Positions 13,201 through 23,903 of a stretch of DNA of 64,000 nt are shown in pieces. The notes under the pieces were generated by a model. It was not told where the DNA came from, ran no database searches, and saw nothing but the letters and a program-made list of their open reading frames with translations. A program made the translations under genes and the position numbers. This DNA comes from Massalongia carnosa (Eukaryota): positions 1,674,001 through 1,738,000 of the forward strand of contig OZ287074.1 in assembly GCA_965645245.1 (NCBI GenBank). Reading direction: 5' to 3'. The first letter of the stretch is position 1, and every line of letters begins with the position of its first letter.

Positions 13201-14076
13201 GTCAACGCAGAGGCGCAGAGTACCGTCCTTCTTAGGCACAAATAGTATTGGTGCACCTGCAGAACTGGTGGAGTGCCGGATCCAACCCTTCGCCAGGGCG
13301 TCGTCAAGATATTCCCGAAGAGTCTTAAGCTCCGTATTCGATAAGTTGTATAAAGGACCATAAGGTGGATCACCGCCTTCTAAATCGATAGCGTGGTCAC
13401 AGTCCTTGTGCGTAGCTAATTGATTGGCTCTGTCCTTAGAAAAAACATCCTGGAATTCAGCAAATTCCACAGGTATCCCCTGCGTTTCGTTGGTGTTCCG
13501 GCTGTTGTTCTCATCAACAGCGCCAACATTAACAGGTTGTCTTTCGGAAGAAGGTGCAATGGGTTGAGCCACTATAGCATAGAGTGGTGCCCCGGAATCC
13601 AGGGTCTTCGCAAACTGTTTAGGCTTGCACAACTCGAACATATCAGACTGAAAGCCATAACGCCAGCGCTTCGCTCCATAATCGATTACGATACCCAGCT
13701 GTTTGAGACCAGGGAGACCCAACACCAAGTCAGGGCCCTGTTTGTCAATTGCGTAAAACACGCTGGTAAAGGTGCGCTGTCGCTGCCAAGTATCCTCGAG
13801 AGCCATTACTACCTCATAAGCTCCATAGCAGTAAACCTCTTTACCATCCATGAATTGAGGAGCAGGTAGTTCGCTTTCAATAGGTCTAAGATCTGAAGCG
13901 ACGGCGAATCCCTGATTAATCACATTAATCTCGGCTGCTCCATCAAGCAACACTGTCGCCGGGTATTTTTGGACTCCCCTCGTTATAGTCCCCTCAGGAA
14001 TTAGGCTTGGCTCGCTTTCTACTGATCGTTTCCCTCCATCGGCTGGCGAGCTTTCCGTGGAGGTTTGGCTTTTCCC
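10273..14076 (-). CDS. pol: Pol of element B (PR-RT-RH-IN-chromodomain), -1 frame to gag
   Basis: Open from slippery site 14076 to stop; YLDD, ETDASD, HxxGHFG/CDIC, DGQTE, YKVKWVGY..DEWVP. Confidence 0.95.
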   Translation of the reverse strand, partial: GKSQTSTESSPADGGKRSVESEPSLIPEGTITRGVQKYPATVLLDGAAEINVINQGFAVASDLRPIESELPAPQFMDGKEVYCYGAYEVVMALEDTWQRQRTFTSVFYAIDKQGPDLVLGLPGLKQLGIVIDYGAKRWRYGFQSDMFELCKPKQFAKTLDSGAPLYAIVAQPIAPSSERQPVNVGAVDENNSRNTNETQGIPVEFAEFQDVFSKDRANQLATHKDCDHAIDLEGGDPPYGPLYNLSNTELKTLREYLDDALAKGWIRHSTSSAGAPILFVPKKDGTLRLCVDYRGLNKVTKKNRHPLPLITQILDQLNGCSYFTKMDLRDAYHRLRIRKGDEWKTAFRSRYGHYEYMVMPFGLANAPATFQAYINKALSGIVDVFCVVYLDDILVFSKDRTSHVEHVKEVLRRLRKHDLYANLKKCEFFAPAVEYLGFIISSDGISMDPRRVETVRDWPALQSFRDIQVFLGFANFYRRFIRHYSQITRPLTDMLKGMQAGIKRGTFYLTAEGAEAFSKLKEAFQGAPILVHFDPELLIRLETDASDFGISGIISQLQKDGQWHPVAFYSRKMIPAERNHETHDQELLAIVMCFKHWRHYLEGSLHPVEVLTDHNNLRGFMNIKVLSGRQARWAMKLAAYDFVIMHRSGKTNPADAPSRRPDYQSINTEVTRLLPTLQKKLSKIDSLCVGYTPGIRTVLAALRYDLRSKIASSGIEPLENLEGETSKSITSLDEESDTFEVGLTQCIPRAVAVALSDEEKPLESASKSVLELIKALQGKDAFVSSRRETVAKSLKRKGGRSPEAIWTIDSNDLLNHRGRIYVPDEESIRAELLRRHHDDELAGHFGAEKTAELLTRKYYWKGLNMTVKKYTESCDICQRTKAPRHRSYGVMQSLPRPSGPWKEITMDFITGFPPSKRFGRVYDSCLVIVDRYTKMALYIPVTKKINAVDLAEILFESVVLQFGTPEGIVSDRGSVFTSEYWSEICFHLKTKRRLSTVFHPQTDGQTERQNQTLEHYLRVYCTDNQSNWVALLPLAQFVYQVSYQSTLGCSPFYCMYGYNPEIRYEVGDDIAVERVPAAKERVKQLHEFRYSLEARWKSVSEAQAKYYNRKHEKDFNEGDLVMLSAKNLKQKRPSKKLSHKFLGPFRILEAVGKQAYRLALPTTYRIHPVFHVSYLEPYKRRDGQEHIPFLPPPEIINDEQEWEVEEIIGRRSEKGEIFYKVKWVGYPEEYDEWVPEKDLDGALELKQDFDAKPKAKRRRIKKLHVTR

Positions 14077-15260
14077 GACTTTGCGACGGCGTTCACACCG
14101 TGCTTCGGCTCCTTGTCGTCTTTAGGAGGGTTGGGACACTTGTTGGCGTAGTGACCCTGTTCTCCGCAGCGATAACATGTCACCTCGTCGGTACTTTCCT
14201 TTGTCTCAGCATGCTTTCTTTTCTGACCCCTTTTACCGTCTTTCGTAGGTTTTGGTTTGTCAGTGTCCTTTATCTCCTCGTTCCTCTTATCTCTATGTGA
14301 TTTAGTGCGAGGGGGGTGAGAACCATTTGGACGCTCATGCTTCGACGTCGTTAAGACATCGTTTTCTCTTTTCTGATTGTTTTCCAGCCTACTGGCCAGA
14401 GTCACCAGAGCTTCTCTAGTCCTTGGAATATTCTGATAGTTGCCTATAGCTGCTCTAATAGACGGCCGCAACTTAGTAAACAGATGAGTCGCTCTTTGTT
14501 CTTCGGTATAGGAGGGCAACTGGTCCTCGAGGCTACTCAAGTGCGCCTCGAAAGCTCTTACCGTTTGCTTCTCTCCTTGCTTGGCTTCGGCAAATAATTG
14601 GGCCATATGCAGACCTCGATTAACTGGGTCCTCGACAATATTTAACAAGAATTTCAAGTACTCTTCGAAGGTATAATTGTGCATTTCACCGTCTGCCTCA
14701 TATCGATGCCAAGCTTCCTTAGGCTCCCCTTCCAGCGATTGCATTGCGAAAGCGATCTTGGATTCATCATCTGGGAAATCCTCTTTTGCCACGCGAAACG
14801 CCACTCTGCAGTTCCGCTCATAATCCAGATGTTCCTTGACCGTTTTTCCATGATAGGGACTGACTTTCTCGGGTCTAGCAGCGCGTCTCCTGTAAACAAC
14901 AACAGGTACTGACTGGCTACTCGTCATCTCTACATTGTCGTCAGAACGAGGGTTAATGGCTCCTCTCATTACCGGTTCCTTGGATGATCCGGTAGGGTTT
15001 GGAGGTTTCGAAGGCTTTTGAGTTTGTTCTTGCAGTTGCTCAATACTGGCTTTCAAATTCCTCAGACGTACTTCCTTCTTAAGTTCGCTACGCCTGCGCT
15101 CAGCTTGCGCTATCTGTTCGTCCAACGTCAGGGGTTGAATGGGTTCGACTACTTTTTCCATTGGGGTCAGGGCTCCTCTTCCAGGGCCCTCAGAATCCGA
15201 AAGTTCTTCGATCCGCTCCTCCGGCATCATGGTATCAGAGGCAACTTCTTGCGCGGACAT
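14019..15260 (-). CDS. gag: Gag of element B
   Basis: 413 aa, CYRCGEQGHYANKC knuckle. Confidence 0.94.
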   Translation of the reverse strand: MSAQEVASDTMMPEERIEELSDSEGPGRGALTPMEKVVEPIQPLTLDEQIAQAERRRSELKKEVRLRNLKASIEQLQEQTQKPSKPPNPTGSSKEPVMRGAINPRSDDNVEMTSSQSVPVVVYRRRAARPEKVSPYHGKTVKEHLDYERNCRVAFRVAKEDFPDDESKIAFAMQSLEGEPKEAWHRYEADGEMHNYTFEEYLKFLLNIVEDPVNRGLHMAQLFAEAKQGEKQTVRAFEAHLSSLEDQLPSYTEEQRATHLFTKLRPSIRAAIGNYQNIPRTREALVTLASRLENNQKRENDVLTTSKHERPNGSHPPRTKSHRDKRNEEIKDTDKPKPTKDGKRGQKRKHAETKESTDEVTCYRCGEQGHYANKCPNPPKDDKEPKHGVNAVAKSGKAKPPRKARQPMEGNDQ

Positions 15261-16340
15261 GGCGGGACGATAGTGTATAGAAGGTGTATAAATGTGTCAA
15301 CGGATCGTCACTCCTTGAAGGATAGAACGATTAGAATTGTAAGAGTCAGACCTGGCGATTATCAGACACCAGGCCTAGGGATATGTGACAATGTGAAGAC
15401 ACTAATGATTTGCTATACTAATATACTAAAAGAAGTATGTAGGTAAAGCGGAAGACTAATCGTTGAAGATTGCATCTCCCTCGAGCAGCCTCCTTATATA
15501 CCCGGACCGAAGCCCTTGACCCTCTGGGCCCTTGATACTGTAACTATCTTGACCGCCCATTACTCCTACCGGATAAGCCGGCTAAACACTCTGCTGACTG
15601 CATCGTGGACACTGTGCTGACTGTATCGTACCATCCGCTCACTAATCGTACGAGCATCCTCGTATATCTCGATCGCTCGTACTATACTCTCGGCAGTAGA
15701 TACCAGCCGCGTAACGCAGACCAACTGCTTTCCATATGACTAAGCCTAGCCGTAGAACTAAGCCCCGCTTAGTTAGCTTAGCCCTTATTCCTTCTATGCC
15801 CTGACAGGCATCTACGGTTTCCGTAGATGATCTGTCCATCTAGGGGAGCCGTAGGTGCTATGTTCATCGTACTGATAGGTGTTCATTGTGCTGGTAGGAA
15901 TTGGATATTCAACAAGAATTGACTTTATATAATAACTCGGCTATCCAGCGACACAGTTACCTTTACAGTTTCAGACGTTGATTATGCAGTCCTAGTACTT
16001 TCGTTTTGGATGGAACTCCTTTGAATCGAGAACGAAGGCTTTCTCTAGGCACGTTAAATTCTCGCGCAATTGCACTTAGTTTGGCGTTCTTGCGCGAGTT
16101 CAAGGCGTCAATTGCCTTTGAAATACGATTCTCAATTATAGTATAAGCTTCAGCCATGACGGTGGTGGATTATGAATTTTCAAAGGTAGTGGGTAAAAGT
16201 TTGAAGGTTTTGGTTGTATGGCTGGTCCTGATTGTATGGCTAGCACTAAGCGAGGCCGACCGAGCGAAGGTGTGGGGCACGGATATTTTCTTGATATAAT
16301 TAAACTCGATTTTTTTTCAAGACTTTATCAAATTTAATTA

Positions 16341-16770
16341 CACCCGTTTGCAAAATGATGTGTCGAACTTTGAATCCCGAAACTGCGCGGTAAAAAAAAA
16401 TTAATAAGCGACAGAATTGAATCACACATCAGAATTTGATTCAGTAGTTAATGACTCTTCTCTCTTTTATATCATCTTTTGCACTCTGTAGAATAAATGA
16501 TATGTAATGTTTTCATGTAATCTTATTCTTGTTACCTTGTAGTTTTAAAAGCAAACATGAGACTATCATTCAAAATTATTAAACGTGATTATAAAGTTCA
16601 GACTGGAATCGAGTGAAGATGATAATACGATTATAACTACTATTGATATCAGCATCTGACAACTACGTAAAATGAGAGGTAATTGAGAACGATTCAATGA
16701 GATTGCAAAACCTCAACTTGCTACTGATCGGCGCAAGAAACTGAATCAACGACAAATCGATCAACTACTC
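16341..16770 (+). mobile_element. Degenerate left end of a Tc1-type transposon (same family as 31109-33727)
   Basis: TA|cacccgtttgcaaaatg TIR, then decayed KFRLES..QLRKMR..AKPQLA..RRKKLNQRQIDQLL; truncated at LTR 16771. Confidence 0.85.
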
Positions 16771-17362
16771 TGTAAGATTCCAAGGGGCTGTCTTTCCGCC
16801 ACAGGGGAATAGAGGCTTGGCAAAGATAGAGAGCAGACTTCAGAGCGATTGTCTTTGCTAAGTCTCTGTACGAGCTATTGATAAAGCTATAGTAGTTGAA
16901 CACTGCTGTTCCTATCTAGACATAACGAGCGTATATATAGGAGTTCAAGTCCTATTCAAAACAAGGTGCAGGGTACAAGTGATCAGAGGTGATCAGAGGT
17001 GATCAGACTATGCCGACCCCAGCGATGTTCCGTATAGCTAAACCTACCGCGGTAGATTTCCCCTTTAGGCAGACTGATCACGTCTGATCACGTCTGATCA
17101 CTATTGCTCTAAATCAACGTTGATATTTTCATAATATTTAATGTGATTCTCCCGTCCCACTCCTTCCTGTGTTGTCATTATGTTCCCGACTCTCGCAGAT
17201 GCCGATGTCAGAGTAGTCATGCCTGCGATAGTGTTTTAGGCTAGCAGGTGACACTAGGCCTAACTGAGCTCTTGTAACGGTATGCCAAAGGCAGATCGTA
17301 ACACTATACGGAGTACCCCCTAATTAGTGACTATAACTAGCCGTCCTTGCCGGTGAGTTTTT

Positions 17363-17935
17363 ATGGCCATCATGCCCGTCAAGAAAACTATTAAGAAAGT
17401 TAATTCTAGTACTCGTCGTGCTCGTCTCGCCTCTCGTCTCCGACTGAGAGTTGTCGTCATGTCTCTCTGTTTTCGCTGTAAGAGTTTGAACTCCGAATGT
17501 CGTTTGAGCCGTGGTTCCGATCGTTGTGCCAGTTGTGTAAAGGTTGATCATTTCAATTCTGATATGTTCGTCAGTGAACAGACTTGTGTTTTTCTTTTTA
17601 TTTCTTCTTAAAATATTAGTGCTTATTCTTCGTTAGGGGATCGTTTAGATTATGAGCGTAATGCGCTGTTGCGTCAATTAAAGGAAAATCATCGCCGTGT
17701 CCGGGCCGCCTCTCTTCGGTTTGCTCAACTTGCTCGTGAACTTTCTGAAAAGACTCGTGAGTACGAGGATTCTGTGAATGCTCAAGATTCTGCATTGCAC
17801 AAATCCCTCGAACTTGAGGAGTTACTGGAGAAGCTGCCAAGACGGGAGGTCGAGCTCGTGACTCATGAACTTTCGTCGATCGAAGCACAAGAAGCGGCTT
17901 CGTCGTTCGATTTCGACATCCGTGGCGGTTATTAA
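17363..17935 (+). CDS. Zn-cluster-like (Cx2Cx6Cx8Cx2C) plus coiled-coil protein, ~173 aa, one intron, antisense inside element I
   Basis: GT..AG intron 17586-17636 joins ORF 17363 and ORF 17669 in frame (SEQT-W-DRLDYER); CFRC..C..CASC; sixth Cys position reads TCT (Ser). Confidence 0.7.
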
Positions 17936-18729
17936 CACTGCTTCTCCTCCTGGGTTTTCCTTCGTTGTTTCGCTAGCGGAATCTTCGATTGTCGCTGCTA
18001 GCCATGCTTCGTCCTCACTGATGTCGGGTACTTCATCTAGCCAATATGATTCTTTCCAGGCTTCGAACTAGGCTGACCTTGATTGATCTCTTTTCCTGAT
18101 GATTCTGATATTGCTATGATAAGATCTCCAATGTCCTTGTTTGTCATTCGTTCTATAAACCTTTTCCATGATTCCATCATTTTCTTAGTTTCTTCTGATC
18201 GTGCTGCTAACTCATGAAACACTTTCCTTAACTGTTTTCATCTTTCAGTTGATGAGTCGCTCGGTGATTCGACAGACTCTGTATATTTCTGGGCATGTTT
18301 TATTCATTTCGCTAGGTATTCCATTAGTTTTTCGTGACTCAGTTGGGTTCCGATTTGTTGCTTTTCGCTTCTGGTGAATGAGTTCTCTTCTTGCTAGTTT
18401 CCCTTTACTTCGGGTAGTTCGATATTCTGTAGTTCCCTTAGCCTCTGCAAGAACTTATCTTCTGAGTTCGTCTCTTCTTCCTGAGATTACGACTCGACTG
18501 CCGTGTCCTGTCCTTCCTGTGCGGATAGTCTCGTCGGATCACGAAGCCCTTTTCACTGATCGTCGGTGTGGGGGCATCCTATCTCGAGGTCAAATTCGTT
18601 TCCTCCCATATCGCAATGTAGTCCTTGGGCCTTTCCGTTTGTATCGTAGACGGTGATTATTGGCATGAGTTCTTCATGTATGGATTCGAATTTCTCTATC
18701 CTCATATCCCGCAGTCCTGTAGCGCGTAT

Positions 18730-21659
18730 TCATACAATTCGAACGGTTTTAACTCTTTCGACTAACGCTTTTCCGAGTTGCGCTTTTTGTATTCCTTGAT
18801 GCACTTTGACTGTGATAGACTGTTCTTCTTCGTCTGTGATCGCTTTAGCCCGTAATTCTTTGATAGATGCGTCCAATCTTTCTCTTCTTAATTCGTTCCA
18901 TTCTTGTCTACCGATCTTTCCTAACCCGATGCTTATATCCCATTGATTGTCGTCACTTGTTCTCATTTGATGTCTTTCGTATTCTTGTCCTCTAATGGTA
19001 ACTTTTAGCTTTTCTTCGAACGCCTCGATACCTAGTTTTCTGACTCCTTTTTCCGATATGGTTCCTAGTAAAACCCTGGTCTGATTTGTACCTCGATTTC
19101 TCGGTTGTCTCATTTGTCGTATTTGGCTTCCCCTGTTACTATGATAGGATCGTTTGTTTCGCTGGCGTACTGCATTATTTTATTTTTCCTGGGGTATCAT
19201 CCTGATCCGTCCTTTGAGGATATATGTACCTGGCAGTCGTCTTCGTAGCATGCGGTCCAATGAAGGTTTGCGTGTTTATCTTGATCTGACCTTTCTTCCT
19301 GTGTCGCATTGATATTCTCTTTTTGCTTGCAGTATCTGGCTATATGTCCTTGTTTTCCGCAATTGTAACAGGTTCTTTTCTGCCATTCTTCCTGGGTCGC
19401 GTCTATTTTCAAGAAGTCTCCTCGATCTTGTTTCTTGTATGGTTTTCAAGGTACGATTTGTCTTCTTCTTTCCTGTCGGCGTTCGTAGTGCCGTTCATCT
19501 ACTCTTATGACTGCTTCTATCATTTCTTGTAGTGAATCTGATCTTTCTCCTCTGACTATGTCGTCTTTGATTTCTTCCTTCAATCCTTGATAGAATGTTC
19601 TCGCTAGTGCCGTATCGTCCCATCCTGTTGTGATTGTTCATTGTTGGAATTCTACTGCATAGCTGGCCGCGGACCCTAACTGTCTCAACTCCAGCATTCT
19701 TCTTTCTGCTGTACGTTCCTCGTCGACGTCTCCGAACGAGATGCCTAGGGACAGTCCCCCCGTGTAAATCTTTACTAGTAAACAGCCATTTTACTACTCA
19801 TCCAGGCTGCATACAAGCTAGCAGTTACACTACGTATTAATAATGTTGCTGTTACTGACTAAGTGTATTCAACACCTACAAATCTACCGATTGCGATAAC
19901 TTCAACTCCAAAAACTCGTCAGCCAATTGCGATACATCATCTTTTCTAGGCTTCATAGTTTTAGCTACCTTTCTCATCGCCGTTTCCTTTCTCGCTTGAG
20001 CCCTAGCCTGTTTGACTGATTTCTCGACTCTTTGCTGAGATCCCAACTCCAACTGAGCCTTTGATTCTTCGCCACACCCCGAGACCTTCGCGTTGTTGCA
20101 GAGGAAGTATTCTAGGAATAATTTGACCGGCGCGCACGTTTTGGCTAAGACTATAAAGAGATAGAGGCGGCGCTGCCTGAGGTAGGATTAAGTTATATAG
20201 CAATAAGCGACGAGAAACGAAAGGTCGGTGTTAATGATTCCAACCAAAACGAATAAAGGCAGGTTCAATATATTAATATTGAACTTTGCATCCGTTTCTA
20301 ATAGAAACCCACCCCACGAAACGTCGAGCTAGCCTAATTTGCTCCGCATTGTAAAAAAAAAAAGTTCTATCACCCGTCTCTCACGCACATTATTCTTAAC
20401 AATATATTTTTCCTTACACCGTACATGAAAACCTCTGTCTTTCAACGAGCCCAAGGCAAAAAGAAGCTCTTCTTCAGGCATGTAAGCTCCCTCCGAATGA
20501 GCGAGATTATAATAATCGCTCCTCGACAGACGGAGTCCTTGGATTCCTAATATTTTCGCTGCTTGGCCATATTGGGTTGACGATGCACGGAGACTCTTCC
20601 CTTGATCAAGGGCATCTGTTCGATCAGGGCCCCTACTACGATGTTCTCTGAATGCAAAGGGATCAGTGGCCATGTCATGATTGTGCTCGGAGTTAGTAAC
20701 TATTAGTCTCCATGCATTGTCTTTATTTTTTTTGAGACGGAGGCGATAAGGGCACTCATTGAACGAAACTTTGGTATTGGCTCCCACCCGGTCTTCCTCC
20801 TCTACTTTTCTAGTGTTTCTAACTCTTTTGTGATGGCGTGTGTAGTCTAATACGCTTAAATGGTTTTTCTTATGATAGTCTTGAAGACGAGTCTTTGCCT
20901 TCTTTCAAGACGAAAGTAACTCATTCTCTAGCGGAGGGAGGAGGTGAGGTGAGGGTAGAAGGGCAATGGCATGTTGCTTTCGTGCATTCAAAGAAGTGGG
21001 ATCGAACTCCATCGCGATGAGGAGTAGTAAAATATATAATATGAGGTATAGCATAAGTGGAAGTAAAGATTTAGAGAGGGCAAAGGGTTAGGACAAGGGC
21101 AAGGGCAAATGATAAGTGAGGGTAAGAGTATGCTTTATCAGACCGAGTAGGATAATTATAAGTAGCAATAACAGGTCATACATTTAAACCGAAAAGAGTT
21201 TAATGTGCTGTTGGCAGTTGCATTACTAGCTTGTACGCACCCTGGATGAGCAGTGAAATGATTTACACAGGGGGTGGGGACGGTCGGGGGGGACTGTCCC
21301 TAAGCATCTCGGTCTCCGATAGATCGTAACTCGTTTTCGAATCTTTCATAGTTCTGGAATACTTTTCTTGTGACGTCTTCCCACTCGGCCCGGTCATTTT
21401 CTAAGTAATCTCTGACTAGAGGGTTCATTCATCTGACAGCCTTGTCTCGCATGAATGATAAGGCGTATAATATCCTCTCCTGGTCGTCTGGAAATGATCC
21501 TCTGTTGAATCGCATGTATAATTTCAGCTGAATCAGGAAGTCCTTGATCTTTCCTGGCTCTTCCTTGAATAGATCTGATGTGGATAGTTTGAGTTGTTTG
21601 ACTGTAACTTCCCTTTCTTCGTAGAAGGATTCCTGAATGATGCCTGCCATACTGGACAT
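18730..21659 (-). pseudogene. gag: gag(-protease-like) remnant of element I, split by a MULE
   Basis: DFLIQLKLY..ILYALSFMRDKA capsid-like segment; CYNCGKQGHIARYC knuckle; many stops and frameshifts. Confidence 0.8.
19737..21311 (-). mobile_element. Internally deleted Mutator-like element (MULE)
   Basis: TIRs cgagatgcctagggacagtcccccc / gggggactgtccctaagcatctcg, 9-bp TSD GTCTCCGA(A/T); FAR1-like CPYRL..W..HNH fragment at 20329-20787. Confidence 0.88.
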
Positions 21660-22709
21660 GTTCTCGGTGGTGAAATGTTGCTCTGTAAGGAGTGTTCAAA
21701 GTGTAAGATTCCAAGGGACTGTCTTTCCGCCACAGGGGAATGGGCGCTTGGCAAAGATGAAGAGCAGACTTCAGAGCGATTATCTTTGATAAGACTCTGT
21801 ACGAGCTATTGATAAGCTATAGTAGTTGAACATTGCTGTTCCTATCTAGACATAACGAGCGTATATATAGGAGTTCAAGTCCTATCCCAAACAAGATGCA
21901 GACTATGCCGACCGCAGCGATGTCCCATAACGTTATCGCTAAATCTACCGCGGTAGATTTTCCCTTTAGGCAGACTGATCACGTCTGATCACGTCTGATC
22001 ACTGTTCCTCTAAATCAACGCTGATGTGTTCATAATATCCAATGAGATTCTCCCGTCCCACTCCTTCCTGTATTGTCATCGCTTGTCCTTCGTTCCCGAC
22101 TCCTGTGCTCGCAGTTACCGATGTCATGCCTGCGATAGCGTGTTAGGCTAGCAGGCGGCACTATGCCTAACTGAGCTCTTGTTACGGTATATGTCATGAA
22201 ATCGAACCAACCCGATCCAGAATCAATCCCGCAGATGAATCTGACTAAGCTCCCGTTCCTCTATTCAGCTTAGTCAGAATCTCATTAACTAAATCGAGTT
22301 TAGACCCCTCTCAACGGCTTCAGGTCAAAGCTGTACCATCACCATCAAAGCGTACCAACGACAGGAGAACCTCATCTCCACCTTTTATCGTCAAACACCT
22401 CGTCAAACCTTCGTGCCGTACGTCTCCTAATAGGGGGAGATGAACACTGATCGAATCTTCATGCAAAGGGGTTCGAGACAAATATAAAAGGAAGGACAAG
22501 TTAATTAGATTGTTGACTCCTTGTCCGACGTCTTGTATAGCAATCCATCACCTAGCTATAGCCTTATTAATAAAGACATCTTGATCACCCAATCCAATTC
22601 CTAGGAACATTAGTTCAATCCCCTGCCCAGTCCTTGACATTACGTCGGACCTACATCGAAAGGTGCCTTTCATAGCACTAGCCCCTGTCCCCCCTCATAT
22701 TCCACCATC

Positions 22710-23903
22710 ATGTCTTCGTCTTCAGAAGAGATGACCGTCCCCCAAAATCCTCTCATCGACGAGAACGTGAAGTTGTTTCAAAACCAGTTCCAAACCAATC
22801 CTGAAGCATTCGTCGCGGAAATACGACGACTTCAAGACGAGGTGGCCCGGTTGCAGGCCGCCCCAGCTCCCGACCCCCCTATACCCACTCCAGCATCAAC
22901 CTCGTCTCCCTCGTCCGTTCCGGCAATGGACCCTCAGATAGCTGCCCTCCTGCAGCTCCTTTTGACCCGGAATTCCGAGTCCAAAACCGATCTTCGTTCC
23001 GAAAAACTTCCCGACATCTCCGAGTACGATGGAGATGAAGCCAAGTTGGACTCCTGGGAACAGAGCCTGATTCAACGGATGCACGTTAATCATGATCGAT
23101 ACTCCACCGATGCCTCCAAGATTGCATACGCGGAGAATCGGCTCACCATCGGGAAACGAGCTCACAACCTTATGAATGCGTATCGAGTGGATGGCATTTG
23201 TAGACTCACCACCTTCTCCGAATGGCGTTCTGCTCTTCGCCTAGCCTGCGGCAACCCCTTCGAACAAGAGGATGCCCGTAAGTACCTTCGAGAAACCCTC
23301 AAGCAGGGCTCTCTGAGTTTCGAAGAGTACAACACTCTCTTCTCTCAGAAAAAAGACCGATCCAGAATGGAAGACGCTTCGTTGATTGATGCCATGAAGG
23401 CAAACATCAACTACTCCGTTCAAACAGCGGCCGTCCACTACCGAGTCCCCGGCACCAATCTGGAGCCAATCACCTTCGACGAGCACGTCGCAATGTGGTT
23501 AAGCACGGACCGGAAAATCCGTCAGATCCGTCATCTGGCACCCAAGGCCACGACTCCGGCCACATCAGCTCCCGCCAATCGAAGAAACGGCACCAACCTT
23601 CCTGCTGCCCCTTTCCCCCGCACTGTCGTCACGGGCACGGTCACCCCATTGATCCCAACCCCCGCCTTCCCCCCAGCTGGAGACCCCATGGACCTAAGTC
23701 AGGCCATGGCGGCTGTCAAAGGTCAGTCGTTGAAAACCGAGGGAGTAAGGAAGATCTGCGAGAATTGGAACCTGTGCTTCTATTGCAAATTGCAACACCT
23801 CGGGTCGGCCTCCGACTGTCCAAATAAGCCTACCAAACGCCTTCGCAACATGGAAGTCGTCTCGACCCTCACTCCCGAGACTGACGACTCGGGAAACGTC
23901 TAG
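22710..23903 (+). CDS. gag: Gag of element C
   Basis: 397 aa, GDPMDL motif and CFYCKLQH..C knuckle-like end. Confidence 0.93.
   Translation: MSSSSEEMTVPQNPLIDENVKLFQNQFQTNPEAFVAEIRRLQDEVARLQAAPAPDPPIPTPASTSSPSSVPAMDPQIAALLQLLLTRNSESKTDLRSEKLPDISEYDGDEAKLDSWEQSLIQRMHVNHDRYSTDASKIAYAENRLTIGKRAHNLMNAYRVDGICRLTTFSEWRSALRLACGNPFEQEDARKYLRETLKQGSLSFEEYNTLFSQKKDRSRMEDASLIDAMKANINYSVQTAAVHYRVPGTNLEPITFDEHVAMWLSTDRKIRQIRHLAPKATTPATSAPANRRNGTNLPAAPFPRTVVTGTVTPLIPTPAFPPAGDPMDLSQAMAAVKGQSLKTEGVRKICENWNLCFYCKLQHLGSASDCPNKPTKRLRNMEVVSTLTPETDDSGNV

Larger units (their letters stand above)
9304..15806 (-). mobile_element. Ty3/Gypsy chromovirus LTR retrotransposon B, apparently intact
   Basis: LTRs 15338-15806 (469 bp) and 9304-9795 (492 bp), TSD GGCAT (9299-303, 15807-11), PPT ggagaggagg on minus strand. 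Confidence 0.97.
9133..15914 (+). mobile_element. Solo LTR F (~274 bp; 9133-9303 + 15812-15914), interrupted by B
   Basis: tgttgaa...ttcaaca inverted ends, TSD AGAAT (9128-32, 15915-19); homologs at 1-77 and 42955-44540. Confidence 0.88.
8888..15967. mobile_element. Solo LTR E (~293 bp; 8888-9132 + 15920-15967), interrupted
   Basis: tgtcacg...ctttaca flanked by TSD GTTTC (8883-87, 15968-72); removal restores the P1 reading frame. Confidence 0.85.
78..16283 (-). mobile_element. pogo/Fot1-type DNA transposon P1, degenerate, split into 78-1072, 8823-8887 and 15973-16283
   Basis: Pieces rejoin into one transposase: HTH (MAEAYT..LSAIAREFNVP), KPDQDLALRLYLLKLDAFGIPARLH, DDE_1 motifs (IMDGIGSHHT, HTTHFLQ, VFQPLK). 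In-frame stops. Terminus ...gtggggcacgga|TA at 16283 matches the terminal inverted repeat (TIR) at 46791. Confidence 0.9.
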
